Positions 8,641 through 19,216 of a stretch of DNA of 64,000 nt are shown here, piece by piece (the stretch's first letter is position 1; each line of letters opens with the position of its first letter). Both the position numbers and the translations under genes were made by a program. The notes below the pieces were generated by a model. That model made no database searches, was not told the origin of the DNA, and was given only the letters and a program-made list of their open reading frames with translations. The stretch comes from an uncultured archaeon (GTDB lineage: Archaea; Asgardarchaeota; Lokiarchaeia; Sigyniarchaeales; SOKP01): the NCBI GenBank assembly GCA_964508365.1, contig CAZDTP010000003.1, forward strand, positions 34,589-98,588. Direction: 5' to 3'.

Positions 8641-10779
8641 ATGAGTGATCACAGGCCAGATATTAAACTAAAGAACAAAGGGATGTATAAGGATACAATT
8701 AATATCGCTTTAGCAGGAAATCCAAATGTAGGAAAATCAGTTATTTTTAACCAACTTACTGGGTTAAGCCAAACCATAGGGAACTGGCCCGGTAAAACAG
8801 TTGAAAGAATGGAAGGCTATCTTAATTTTTTAGGATATCGTTTTAATATCGTTGATTTACCGGGTATTTATTCTCTTTCTACCTACTCCTTAGAGGAAAT
8901 AGTAAGTAGAGAATATATTGTTTCTGATGAGGTTGATGTTATTATAAATGTAGTTGATGCCACAAATTTAGAACGAAATTTATTTTTTACGTTTCAGTTA
9001 TTAGAATTAGAAGTTCCATTAATTATTGCAATTAACCAAATGGATATTTTAAGAAGTAGGAATATAGAAATTGATTTTAAAGCTCTGGAGAATATTTTTA
9101 AATTGCCTGTACTCCCTGTAGTTGCTGTACATGGTATAGGTGTCCATCAACTGTTAGAAGAAGCTATTGAAATGGTCGTTTTTCAGCATCCCCATACTCA
9201 TTTCAACGAAAAAACCCGAGATGAGTACGACCATCATTCTCATAATTATTATCGAACAGAACATATTCACGACAAAGTAAAAGTAAATAGTAAAGGGAAA
9301 AATAACTTTAAATTTCCTGATTTATCTAAAGTGCTCACCTTTGGGAAAGAAGTTGAGTCGTGTATTGGCAAATTAATCATGGAGATTAATAATAATCAAC
9401 TATCTTCTGCTCTAATTAAATACCCACCAAGGTTTTTAGCAATAAAGTTATTGGAAAATGATGAAGAAATTAAAAGTAGTATTACAAATAAAGAAATTAT
9501 AAAAATTGCCGATGAGTTTAGAAATCAATTAGAAGTTATTCATGGAGAAGATGTTCATACAATAATGTCGTCAGAGATTTACAATAAAATTCATGACATA
9601 AGCGATAAAGTTTTAATAATAAAACCACATAAAGGAAAAAAGAAAGTCAGTCTCGCTGATGTAATCGATCATCTTACTACTCATTCAATCTTAGGTTATT
9701 TTATTTTAGTTGCTGTACTATTTGGTATATATATCTTTACTTTTTCTTTTGGAAATTTTTTTAGTGGATTAATAGATGAGCTATATACGCTATGGAGTGA
9801 ATTTATTTACAATTCTTTTGGAGAAGAAAATTTAATAGTTAAGATATTTTGGGATGGCGGGTTGGGAGGATTTCTAGGCGGTATAGGCGGCGTTTTAGTA
9901 TATGTCATACCTTTCTTTTTTGTAATTGAAATTCTACAAGACTCGGGTTATTTACCAAGAGCAGCGTTTTTAATGGATAAGATAATGCACTCACTCGGAG
10001 TCCATGGAAAAACCATTATTCCAATGATTTTAGGATTTGGGTGTAATGTTCCAGCATGTGCTGGGTGCAGAATAATGGAAACAGAACGAGAAAAAAAAAT
10101 ATCTGTCGCATTAACATCGCTAGTACCTTGTGCTGCCGTTATGACAGTTGTGTTAGGATTGGTAGGGAGATATTTGGGATTTTTTTGGGTAATGATTTTG
10201 TTTTTAATAAACTTTGGTGTTATTTTTTTAATAGGTCGAATTCTAAATAAAGTAATGCCTGGTGAATGCACAGAACTTATAATGGAAATGCATGAATACA
10301 GGATGCCAAATTCTAAAGTTATTCTTAAACAAACCTGGCTTAGAACTAAAGAATTTATTTACAAGGCTTTACCAATAATAATCGTTTTTGGTATTCTTTT
10401 AGAAATATTATTAATATTCAACGCTTTAGAGCCAATAAATGTTGTTTTAAGTCCTGTCACAGTATTATGGTTAGGGCTACCTGCTATAACTGGCGTGTTC
10501 TTAATATATGGAATTTTAAGGAAAGAGTTAACCTTAGTTCTCTTATCGATTTTAGCTAATTCTTTAAATGTTACCCTTTTAGAATTACTTACTCCAATTC
10601 AGATGATTGTATTTTGTCTGGTTAGCATGCTTTATATTCCGTGTTTTGCAACAATCATAATTATTGCAAAACAAACGAACTGGAAATATGCTGCTCAAAT
10701 CTCATTTCTAGAGATAGGATTAGCCCTATTTATAGGTGGAATTATCAATCTTGGATTTCTAATATTAACAAGCTTTTAA
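8641..10779 (+). CDS. feoB: Ferrous iron transport protein B
   Basis: GNPNVGKS, GNWPGKTVE, DLPGIYSL, LQDSGYLPRAAFLMD, GFGCNVPA, LYIPCFAT; His-rich insert. Confidence 0.96.
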   Translation: MSDHRPDIKLKNKGMYKDTINIALAGNPNVGKSVIFNQLTGLSQTIGNWPGKTVERMEGYLNFLGYRFNIVDLPGIYSLSTYSLEEIVSREYIVSDEVDVIINVVDATNLERNLFFTFQLLELEVPLIIAINQMDILRSRNIEIDFKALENIFKLPVLPVVAVHGIGVHQLLEEAIEMVVFQHPHTHFNEKTRDEYDHHSHNYYRTEHIHDKVKVNSKGKNNFKFPDLSKVLTFGKEVESCIGKLIMEINNNQLSSALIKYPPRFLAIKLLENDEEIKSSITNKEIIKIADEFRNQLEVIHGEDVHTIMSSEIYNKIHDISDKVLIIKPHKGKKKVSLADVIDHLTTHSILGYFILVAVLFGIYIFTFSFGNFFSGLIDELYTLWSEFIYNSFGEENLIVKIFWDGGLGGFLGGIGGVLVYVIPFFFVIEILQDSGYLPRAAFLMDKIMHSLGVHGKTIIPMILGFGCNVPACAGCRIMETEREKKISVALTSLVPCAAVMTVVLGLVGRYLGFFWVMILFLINFGVIFLIGRILNKVMPGECTELIMEMHEYRMPNSKVILKQTWLRTKEFIYKALPIIIVFGILLEILLIFNALEPINVVLSPVTVLWLGLPAITGVFLIYGILRKELTLVLLSILANSLNVTLLELLTPIQMIVFCLVSMLYIPCFATIIIIAKQTNWKYAAQISFLEIGLALFIGGIINLGFLILTSF

Positions 10780-11229
10780 ATCGATTATTACTACATTCCT
10801 AATAATCTTTAATAAAATTGGATATGTCTATATTCTCTCTTATAAATTTAAAACGAAGTATTTCCTTTAGCACAAAATATTAATTCTTGAAATTAAAGAA
10901 AAAGTTATTATTATTAATCATATAATATTCAAAAATGCCAATTAAGAGAGGAAAACATGTTAAATCAAGCATACCATTTATCTCATTAGATTATATTTGT
11001 ATCCCATTTTTTAGATTTAAGGATTATCTTATTAATACCAAGATTTTTAATCTCATTAAATCTTGTATTGGAAGAAAAAAAATAGAGCAAAATTTTTTAA
11101 AAGAGTTCGTTTTTATATAATTTCAATAACAAATTTTTAACTTAATGAAACAAAATAAAATTTGAATGAAATTTTAAGTTAACTGATTAAGAATTAGATG
11201 AGATATAACAAAACAATTGACTTATTAAG

Positions 11230-11243
11230 AGGGATTAATCCCT
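11230..11243. repeat. Perfect 14-bp palindrome, possible operator
   Basis: AGGGATTAATCCCT, about 110 nt upstream of ATG 11355. Confidence 0.35.
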
Positions 11244-11354
11244 GTGTTAATCTTTTTGATAACCTAATTAAATCATTAACAGCATCATTCAAGTTAAAAT
11301 ATCTTTATTTTCTTCAGAATTTATCTAAATTAAAATATCAAGTATAAAATAATA

Positions 11355-13289
11355 ATGCCAAATCAAACAGAAAGCAGAGATAAAAAAAAAAGAACTTCTG
11401 AAAGTAAAGAGAAACACACACTAAAATGTTTTGGACCTGTTGGTAACCTAGAAGAATATGTTAAAAAGGACTGGTGGAAAAGGATATTTAACGCATTTTA
11501 TTTAAAAACAGATGGTGATGTAGTAGAAGACCAGAATATTACTGAATTCGAAGTGAATTACTTTTCTAAAATCATGAATTTTCAACCTGAACATCAGATT
11601 CTTGATCTCTGTTGTGGTCAAGGAAGACACTCCATTGAATTAGCTAATAAAGGTTTTAAAAACATATATGGTTTAGATCGTTCAAGATATTTAATTCAAA
11701 AAGCTAAATCAAATTCAAAAAAAAGGGGACTTTTATGTAAATTTCGAGAAGGTGACGCTAGAAACCTACCATACAATCCAGATACATTTGATTTTATCTT
11801 GCTTTTAGGCAATAGTTTTGGATATTTTGAATCAATTAACGATGATATTCAAGTACTAAGAGAAGTATTCCGCGTATTAAAACCACGGGGAAAAATATTA
11901 ATAGATCTAACTGATGGAGAATACATTAGAAACAATTTTCAAACACGTTCATGGGAATGGATTGATAAGGAACTTTTTGTATGTCGAGAACGATCTTTAT
12001 CATTAGATCAGCAAAAATTGATTTCACGTGAAGTGATAACCCATGTTAATAAAGGAGTATTAGTGGATCAGTTTTACTCAGAAAGATTATATTCTCAAGA
12101 GGGGATTTCAGAGTTTTTAAAGAAGGTAGGGTTTAATGATGTAATTGTTCATGGTTCAATTACTCCTGAATCTCAAAGGGATCAAGATTTAGGCATGATG
12201 GAAAAAAGAATTATAGTTAGCGGAATAGTTGAAAAAGAATGGACACAGATTAAAACGAAAGAAAAAACAGCTGCAAGAAATATTGTCGTAATTTTTGGAG
12301 ACCCTAAAAAACCAGATATACTTAAACCCTTACATAAATTTGATGATGACGATATCTTTACAATAAATCAATTAAAAGCTACACTAAAGGAGCTAGATGA
12401 ATATAAAATCTCATATTTAGATAATCACACCACTTTTATTCAAGATTTGCAAAATGTACAAGGAAAAATTGATTTTGTTTTTAATTTATGTGATGAGGGC
12501 TATTACAATGAAGCTAGAAAGGAATTACATATACCTGCCTTGCTAGAAATTCTAAAAATTCCATATACCGGATCTGGACCTCAATGTCTCGCCTTCTGTT
12601 ATGATAAATCTTTAGTAAGAGGTATAGCAAAAGAATTAGAAATTCCCGTTCCTGAAGCAGTTTTCATTAAACCTGGAGAAAAAATTATAGATTTACCACT
12701 ATACTTCCCTGCAATTGTAAAACCTAATTTTGGGGACTCTAGTTTCGGAATTACTCAGAAAAGCGTAGTGGAAAATGGAGAGGAATTATTAAGTGCAATT
12801 GCCGATATTCGTGAAAAATTTGGCTATGATAAACCTATTTTAGTGGAACAGTTCCTTCCTGACAAGGATCTCACCGTTGGAATTATCGGAAATTTACCTG
12901 AAAATTATATTATCCTCCCAATTATAGAAGAAGATTATTCAAGTTTACCTCCAGGATTACCAAAGATATGTGGTTATGAAGCAAAATGGTTAAAAGATTC
13001 TCCTTATTGGAATATTAAATCTATTCCTGCAAATCTTCCACAAAACACAATTGAAATTATTGAAAGTTGTTCTCTAAAATTATTTGAACGGTTAGAGTGT
13101 CAAGACTATGCGCGATTTGATTGGCGCTTGGATACCAAAGGAAATCCTAAACTTTTAGAAGTAAATCCTAACCCCGGTTGGTGTTGGGATGGTCATCTAG
13201 CAAAAATGTGTAATTTTGCAAATATCACATATAAGGAAATGTTAAATAAAATCTTAGAAGCAGCAGCAAGAAGGATTGGATCAAAATAA
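11355..13289 (+). CDS. Class I SAM methyltransferase fused to a D-Ala-D-Ala ligase-like ATP-grasp domain
   Basis: ILDLCCGQGRH, GLDRS, GDAR; VKPNFGDSSFGI, LVEQFL, ARFDWR, LLEVNPNPG. Confidence 0.9.
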   Translation: MPNQTESRDKKKRTSESKEKHTLKCFGPVGNLEEYVKKDWWKRIFNAFYLKTDGDVVEDQNITEFEVNYFSKIMNFQPEHQILDLCCGQGRHSIELANKGFKNIYGLDRSRYLIQKAKSNSKKRGLLCKFREGDARNLPYNPDTFDFILLLGNSFGYFESINDDIQVLREVFRVLKPRGKILIDLTDGEYIRNNFQTRSWEWIDKELFVCRERSLSLDQQKLISREVITHVNKGVLVDQFYSERLYSQEGISEFLKKVGFNDVIVHGSITPESQRDQDLGMMEKRIIVSGIVEKEWTQIKTKEKTAARNIVVIFGDPKKPDILKPLHKFDDDDIFTINQLKATLKELDEYKISYLDNHTTFIQDLQNVQGKIDFVFNLCDEGYYNEARKELHIPALLEILKIPYTGSGPQCLAFCYDKSLVRGIAKELEIPVPEAVFIKPGEKIIDLPLYFPAIVKPNFGDSSFGITQKSVVENGEELLSAIADIREKFGYDKPILVEQFLPDKDLTVGIIGNLPENYIILPIIEEDYSSLPPGLPKICGYEAKWLKDSPYWNIKSIPANLPQNTIEIIESCSLKLFERLECQDYARFDWRLDTKGNPKLLEVNPNPGWCWDGHLAKMCNFANITYKEMLNKILEAAARRIGSK

Positions 13290-13667
13290 TTATAATCATG
13301 GTTATAGATAATATTATGAAAAAAAATGAAGAGAGTTTTCCTACATCAAACATTTTCTTGTAAGCTTAGTATTAAAAAACGGATTTAAAGGAATTAGATC
13401 AAGAAGTCAAATAAAAGGAGTATAAGATGTTAAACTTAAAGGAAATATGGAATTTAGCCCAAACTCGAGTCTTTATATTCTTAAAAAAAAAAAACTTTTT
13501 TTACTTTGGTTATTTGTATTAAATTCCAAGCTAAACCTCCTAAATCACTCAAATCACTCAAATTCTTTTAGATCTCTAAAAACTATGGATTAAAGTATAT
13601 AATACATTTAAATTATCTTGAAAATTCTTATTTATAGTTTAAAGTTCCTTAATTTAAGAACATAAAT

Positions 13668-14684
13668 ATGACCACTTTAAGGATAACAACCCCTTGTAGA
13701 ATCCATCTTTCTTTAATCGATGAAAACGGATACACTGGCCGAGTTGATGGTGGAATCGGTCTAATGTTAGACCGTCCTAACGTAATTATTGAAACTACGA
13801 ATCACGCGGAAGAATTTAAAATTGAAGCTCATAAATATTATCGCGAATCAATTGAAGTGATTAATGAGCAAGCTTCAAAAATTTTTAAAGCGTTCAATAT
13901 AAACAATAAGAACTTCCATTTTAATCTTAAAAGGTATTTTCCAAGCCATGTAGGTTTAGGTTCAAAAACACAATTATCGTTGGCTATCGCTGTCGCGATA
14001 ACTACATTGAAAAACATTACTCATCACTCTTTAAAGGATCTTACTCGACTTGTTAATAGAGGTGGAACTTCAGGAATAGGATGGAGGGGTTTCGAACAAG
14101 GTGGCTTTATAGTTGATGCCGGACACGAGTTTGGGAAAGGTAAAGAAAAAGAAACTTTTTTGCCTTCTTCAGCATCAAAAGAAGTTAATCCTGCACTTAC
14201 AATTTTAAGATATCCTATCCCAGAACATTGGAGATTTGTATTAGTTATACCTAATGTAAAGAAAGGAGCTTACGGCGATGAAGAAATAAGTATTTTCCAA
14301 AGTCATGCTCCAATCCCAAAAGTAGAAGTTAATGAAGTTTCACATCAAATTTTAATGAAAATTGTGCCAGGAATTATTAAAAAAGATTTAGAATGTTTTG
14401 GGGAAGGTTTAAAAAGAATACAGAGCATAGGATTTAAAAAAATCGAAATCTCTCTACAACATGAAATCGTAAAAAAAACACTCAATCTTTTTGAAGATAA
14501 TGGAGTTAAAGCTTTTGGAATGTCTTCTTTTGGCCCTAGTGTGATTGGGATTGTAGAATCTGATGAGGATGCTAACAAACTTTTAAAAATTGTTCAGATA
14601 TGTCTTAATAGTAATGGTGGGCACATCTACTTATGCAAACCTAATAATTATGGAGCAAAAATTGAATTTTTTGAGGAGAATTAA
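13668..14684 (+). CDS. mptG: Beta-ribofuranosylaminobenzene 5'-phosphate synthase (GHMP family)
   Basis: TPCRIHLSLID, GRVDGGIG, PSHVGLGSKTQL, RGGTSGIG, GGFIVDAGH, GMSSFGP. Confidence 0.9.
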   Translation: MTTLRITTPCRIHLSLIDENGYTGRVDGGIGLMLDRPNVIIETTNHAEEFKIEAHKYYRESIEVINEQASKIFKAFNINNKNFHFNLKRYFPSHVGLGSKTQLSLAIAVAITTLKNITHHSLKDLTRLVNRGGTSGIGWRGFEQGGFIVDAGHEFGKGKEKETFLPSSASKEVNPALTILRYPIPEHWRFVLVIPNVKKGAYGDEEISIFQSHAPIPKVEVNEVSHQILMKIVPGIIKKDLECFGEGLKRIQSIGFKKIEISLQHEIVKKTLNLFEDNGVKAFGMSSFGPSVIGIVESDEDANKLLKIVQICLNSNGGHIYLCKPNNYGAKIEFFEEN

Positions 14685-15079
14685 TGTCAAACGGAAAAGA
14701 AAACGCCTATTTTTCTTTTGATATAAACGATAGAGAAAGGGCATGTTTTGAAGTAGGTATAAAATTAGGAGCTCTTTATCATATTTTGTGTGGGATGCCA
14801 ATATCATCAAATTCTAATGTTATTGAGTCAATTGAAAAGGGTATTGAAGCATCGATTTCATGCCAGCCTTATGTCATATCGGTCAAGATTAATGTAAATC
14901 GAGATGAAATTCAAGGTGATAAATCTACCGAGTTTGACTACGATGAAATTACTGGAAAGTTAATAACTGCAACTGTTGTTCTTGAGTTTAACTCGGTTGA
15001 AATTACCGCAAAAGTAGAGTGGATTCAAGAACTTAATTACCCTTTGATGTTTATTGAGAAAATAAGAAATAAAAGCTAA
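14684..15079 (+). CDS. mptD: Archaeal dihydroneopterin aldolase
   Basis: ERACFEVGIKLGALYH...G.P.S and LNYPLMFI signature; coupled to mptG. Confidence 0.85.
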   Translation: MSNGKENAYFSFDINDRERACFEVGIKLGALYHILCGMPISSNSNVIESIEKGIEASISCQPYVISVKINVNRDEIQGDKSTEFDYDEITGKLITATVVLEFNSVEITAKVEWIQELNYPLMFIEKIRNKS

Positions 15080-15825
15080 GATTCTAATCTATTAATGTAG
15101 TTATAGACATGCTCAATCGCCTTTATGGCACTCTCATTTTTTCCAAATCTCCGTATTTCACTTACATTTTCTTCAATTTTATGCTTAATTGTTCTGATTA
15201 AGGTTTTGTCTTTTTTTTTTGTAGCGATATTTAATTTAGTGGCGAGTACGATAGTTTCCAATGTAAGATTTTCCGCTCTATTAAACAATTTAAAAGATTC
15301 TTTAAATTTTTTGTAGGAAATAACAGATAAATTTATTTCCATTAACTCTACCTGTCCGAAATTATCAGTCTTTACGGTTTGATTTTTATTCGTTGCTACG
15401 CATGAAATAATAGCCCACGCTTGATTTAAATATGGCAAATGAATAGTGTTATCTCGTATAATTCCTTTAAAAATTGCCTTATACTTGTTTTTCACATCAA
15501 AGGGAAAATAATTATAATATTGTTCCGATGATGTTTCGATACTATTAGAAAAATCAATAGCTTTTAAAGATGTTATCGCATAAAGAAAGATGTCATCGAC
15601 GAAATTTAAAGTAATTAATTTAGTACTATCGAGATTTTTATATGTAGTAGTATCTGGGAAAGGCCAAATTTTTATAGTATTATTTTCCAACAATCTTATA
15701 CCCATAGCGGCAGTGTTTGGAATTATCTTATTATTCTTTATAGAATAAGTCGTAGCTAAAACTTCATATAAATAATTCATTTTCAGACCTATAGATGTAA
15801 GGTCTACTTGAGAATTGGATGACAT
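15076..15825 (-). CDS. DUF447 family protein (FMN-binding split barrel)
   Basis: YEVLATT...NTAAMGI, TTTYKNL, FNRAENLTLE. Confidence 0.75.
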   Translation of the reverse strand: MSSNSQVDLTSIGLKMNYLYEVLATTYSIKNNKIIPNTAAMGIRLLENNTIKIWPFPDTTTYKNLDSTKLITLNFVDDIFLYAITSLKAIDFSNSIETSSEQYYNYFPFDVKNKYKAIFKGIIRDNTIHLPYLNQAWAIISCVATNKNQTVKTDNFGQVELMEINLSVISYKKFKESFKLFNRAENLTLETIVLATKLNIATKKKDKTLIRTIKHKIEENVSEIRRFGKNESAIKAIEHVYNYINRLES

Positions 15826-16000
15826 TACCTTTAATAATACAAATTCTTGGTGGTATAAGTAAGAATATATCCAAGTTCTTTAATATTTTATAAAAATATA
15901 ATCATATCTATACCTCGAACAAGAAGCATTAAAAATTAATAAAAATAAAAAGAATTGTTGAACTTTAATTATAAGCAAAACAACTAGAACTTGATAATCA

Positions 16001-17092
16001 TTGAATAAGGTATTAGGAATCGACCCTGGCTCATTAACCTGGGATTTTTTCGCTTTAAAAGGTAAGCAAGTTATCTTAGATATTTCAATTCCTACAAAAG
16101 AAGTGATAGAAGAACCTTCTAAAGCGATTTCACTCATAAAATCAATAAAAAATCTTGATTTAATCGTCGCACCAAGCGGTTTTGGATTACCACTCAAATA
16201 TGTTAAGGATATTACCAAAAAAGATATTTTTTTAACACTTTTAAAATTTGACAAGAAGGAGAGGGAACAATTAGTTGGATTAGGGGAAGTTCTTCGCTTG
16301 ATTAAAGCAGAAAATCTTCCTGGGATCATTGTTCCTGGAGTTAAACATCTAGTTACAATCCCTCGATATCGTAAAATAAATAAAATCGATATGGGAACAG
16401 CAGATAAACTTTGTTCTGTCGTTACGGGAATTAGAGATCAAATGGAACGTTTAACAATATTACCTACAAAAACTAATTTCATTATGGTCGAACTTGGATT
16501 TGGTTTCACAGCAGTTTTAGCAATAGAAAACGGACAAGTGATTGATGGGATTGGGGGTTCCAACATTATGGGATTCAGAGCTTGTGGAAGTCTCGATGGA
16601 GAATTAGCCTATTTAATTAAAAACATTAAGAAAAACACCATATACGGAGGAGGATTATCCTCAATATCAGGGCATAGCGATTTAAACTTAAAACAATTTA
16701 CTAGATTAGTTAAAGATGACCATCAAACAAGATTGGCTTTTCACGCTTACATTTCGGATTTAATCAAGGCAATTTATGCTATATCATCTTCTTTTTCGAA
16801 TAAGGATCAAATAACTGAGATACTATTAGCTGGAAGAGTTGCAGATAATCATATTATTAAAGACGAAATTACTAACAGGTTAGAAGGTTCCTTTATCGTT
16901 AAATTGATGCGAACCTACGGTAGTATTTCAAAACACGCAGCTCAAGGCGCTGCTTTTATTGCTAATGGTCTCCTTGAGGGAGAATTTAGCTCTATTGTAA
17001 ATAATCTGAAAATTAAAGAAGCTGAAGGTTCAATTTTAGACGATATTTATATTCCTTTTGATAAAAACAAATTATTGAGTGATTTAAATTAA
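16001..17092 (+). CDS. DUF1464 family protein (ASKHA/sugar-kinase-like fold)
   Basis: LGIDPGS, APSGFGLP, KIDMGTADK, ELGFGFTA, IDGIGGS, AAQGAAFIANGL. Confidence 0.8.
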   Translation: MNKVLGIDPGSLTWDFFALKGKQVILDISIPTKEVIEEPSKAISLIKSIKNLDLIVAPSGFGLPLKYVKDITKKDIFLTLLKFDKKEREQLVGLGEVLRLIKAENLPGIIVPGVKHLVTIPRYRKINKIDMGTADKLCSVVTGIRDQMERLTILPTKTNFIMVELGFGFTAVLAIENGQVIDGIGGSNIMGFRACGSLDGELAYLIKNIKKNTIYGGGLSSISGHSDLNLKQFTRLVKDDHQTRLAFHAYISDLIKAIYAISSSFSNKDQITEILLAGRVADNHIIKDEITNRLEGSFIVKLMRTYGSISKHAAQGAAFIANGLLEGEFSSIVNNLKIKEAEGSILDDIYIPFDKNKLLSDLN

Positions 17093-18662
17093 AAACATTT
17101 TAATTATTACTGGTCAAAGCAGTTACCCAATTATTGAAAAAGTTATTTCTCCTATTAAAAACCACAAGATTAAAGTTTATAAAGCTCCAATAACAATTTC
17201 TGCCTTTATTTCAGAAAACTTAGTTAAGGATATAATTAAAAAAATTGCTATTCAAGATTATGATTTAATTTTACTCCCTGGATTTATCCAGTGGGACACC
17301 ACAAAATTAGAGGAACTAAATTCAATCGCAATAAGAAAAGGTCCAGAGTTTGCTTCCGATCTCCCTACGGTTTTGAAACACATAGACACTCTTAAACTTT
17401 CTAATTCTGCTCCTGCAAATAAAATATTGGAACTCTCAAGCGAACAAGAATACGAAGAGATTCTAAAAGAACAGTTAGAAATTGCTAGAGATAACATAGA
17501 TTCCAACACATTCTTTTTAAATGAAAACACCTCAAATCTAATGATCGGACCTAATCTTCCGCCTCCGATTATTGCCGAAATAGTAAATTGCCCAGAAAAG
17601 AATAATCAAACAATACTTAGAAAAGTAAAGCATTACATAGAATCTGGTGCTGACATTATTGATATTGGCTGCGTCGCATACAAACCATATGCAGAAAAGA
17701 TAAAAGAAATAGTTCATCTTATTCGTAATAATTTTAATGTCTTAATTAGCATTGATTCAATGGATAAAAGCGAAATTCTATCCGCGGTTGATGTAGGCGT
17801 TGATTTAATTTTAAGTTTGGATCGTGGTAATTATAAAGATTTTTTAAATCTCCCTCGAGATATTCCTATTGTGATATTACCAACAAATATTAAAGCAAAT
17901 TATTTTCCTAAAGAACCTGAAATACGCGTTAAGAATTTGTTTAAGCTAACTCAAGAATTAAAACAAATTGGTTTTAAAAAGTTAATTGCCGATCCCCTAT
18001 TAGAAACGCCTATTATTCCGGGAATTTGTAACTCTCTAGAGGCCTATTTTCTCTACAAAAAACAAGTGGCAAAAGAAGCAAACAAAAATCTGGAAATTCC
18101 TCTCTTTTTTGGCATATCTAATGTAGTAGAGCTTATGGATATTGATTCAGTGGGAATAAATGGATTATTAGCAAGTATTGCAATTGAATTAGATATGGGA
18201 ATTCTATTTACAGTTGAACACAGCACTAAGCTAATGGAAGGAGTAAGAGAACTAAAAGAGAGTGTAAAACTCAATTATATGTCAAATTATAAAAAAACTC
18301 CTCCTATAAATCACGGAATTACTGTTTTTAGGGCTAAAGGTAAGACTAGTCAAGCTCTTCCTGAAATTGGCACTTCTGACGTAATAAATGTAAAAGAATA
18401 CGCTCTTGGCTACATAGCCGATAAAAATGGTTATTTTAAGTTTTATGTGAACCATTATACTAAAGAAATCTACGTATTATTTTTTTCGAATGACGATTTT
18501 CTTCTTAAAACTTTAGTAGGAACTAACGCTGAAGCACTTAGCAAAAAAGTTCTTGAACTAAATTTAACTACAAACCTGCAACATATAAGCTATGTTGGAA
18601 GAGAGTTAGCTAAAGCAGAAGTTTGTTTAAACTTTGGTAAACCTTTTATACAGGATGAATAA
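17088..18662 (+). CDS. Dihydropteroate synthase-like protein of the methanopterin pathway; N-terminus extended to an ATT start
   Basis: Frame is open from ATT 17088 (IKNILIITG...ILLPGFIQWD...KGPEFASDL) into the listed 17373 ORF; IIAEI, GADIIDIG, SIDS, IADPLL, FGISNVVELMDIDSVG. Confidence 0.85.
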   Translation: MKNILIITGQSSYPIIEKVISPIKNHKIKVYKAPITISAFISENLVKDIIKKIAIQDYDLILLPGFIQWDTTKLEELNSIAIRKGPEFASDLPTVLKHIDTLKLSNSAPANKILELSSEQEYEEILKEQLEIARDNIDSNTFFLNENTSNLMIGPNLPPPIIAEIVNCPEKNNQTILRKVKHYIESGADIIDIGCVAYKPYAEKIKEIVHLIRNNFNVLISIDSMDKSEILSAVDVGVDLILSLDRGNYKDFLNLPRDIPIVILPTNIKANYFPKEPEIRVKNLFKLTQELKQIGFKKLIADPLLETPIIPGICNSLEAYFLYKKQVAKEANKNLEIPLFFGISNVVELMDIDSVGINGLLASIAIELDMGILFTVEHSTKLMEGVRELKESVKLNYMSNYKKTPPINHGITVFRAKGKTSQALPEIGTSDVINVKEYALGYIADKNGYFKFYVNHYTKEIYVLFFSNDDFLLKTLVGTNAEALSKKVLELNLTTNLQHISYVGRELAKAEVCLNFGKPFIQDE

Positions 18663-18691
18663 TAAAAGATAAAAAAAGAAAGAATGTCCTT

Positions 18692-18982
18692 TTACACGAT
18701 CTCAAAGCAGGTCTTTAAATCCATCCCAGGTACTAACAAAGGAACTAATTTTGCAGTAGATTTTCCTAAATTAGCCATGTGTGTTTTCATCGCTTCTCCA
18801 TCTTCATATTTTTCGTAGAAAATGATTTTATTTTTGAATTCGCTCCCTTTAACGGTGTGAGGAATATATTCTAAAGTTCCTGGTTCAGATGCTTTTATTT
18901 GTGGGACAATTTCTTTCAAAACTTCAATTACTTCTTGCATTTTGCCTTCTTTAACTTCAATTGTTGCTATGATTGTAATCAT
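18692..18982 (-). CDS. Antibiotic biosynthesis monooxygenase (ABM) family protein
   Basis: ITIIATIEVKEGK, EPGTLEY, FYEKYED...H; ATG 18982 preferred over TTG 19006. Confidence 0.85.
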   Translation of the reverse strand: MITIIATIEVKEGKMQEVIEVLKEIVPQIKASEPGTLEYIPHTVKGSEFKNKIIFYEKYEDGEAMKTHMANLGKSTAKLVPLLVPGMDLKTCFEIV

Positions 18983-19145
18983 TTTTATTTTACCTTCTAA
19001 ATCCAATTTTGAATAAAGTAATTATCCTACCTACTTAAATGATAAACAAAAAAAAGAGGATTTACCATTCATTTTATCGTTTATAGTTTTAGATCATATC
19101 TTTCAAGAAAATATAAGAGCAGATATTCATATTAAACAAGTCAAA

Positions 19146-19160
19146 ACACTTTTAAAGTGT
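19146..19160. promoter_or_regulatory. Inverted repeat overlapping a TATA-like box
   Basis: ACACTTT-T-AAAGTGT in the divergent intergenic region, 56 nt before ATG 19217. Confidence 0.35.
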
Positions 19161-19216
19161 AAAATTCATATAAGTTAATGTATCGCTAAAATTTTTCGTT
19201 ATAAAAGGAAATAATC

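Noticed and set aside
10935-11120. 61-aa ORF between feoB and the MTase-ligase gene
   Set aside because: No motif or SD and low complexity; may be real or a decayed remnant, but I cannot support it
13542-13565. AAATCACTC tandem repeat
   Set aside because: Only two full copies; too short to indicate a functional array
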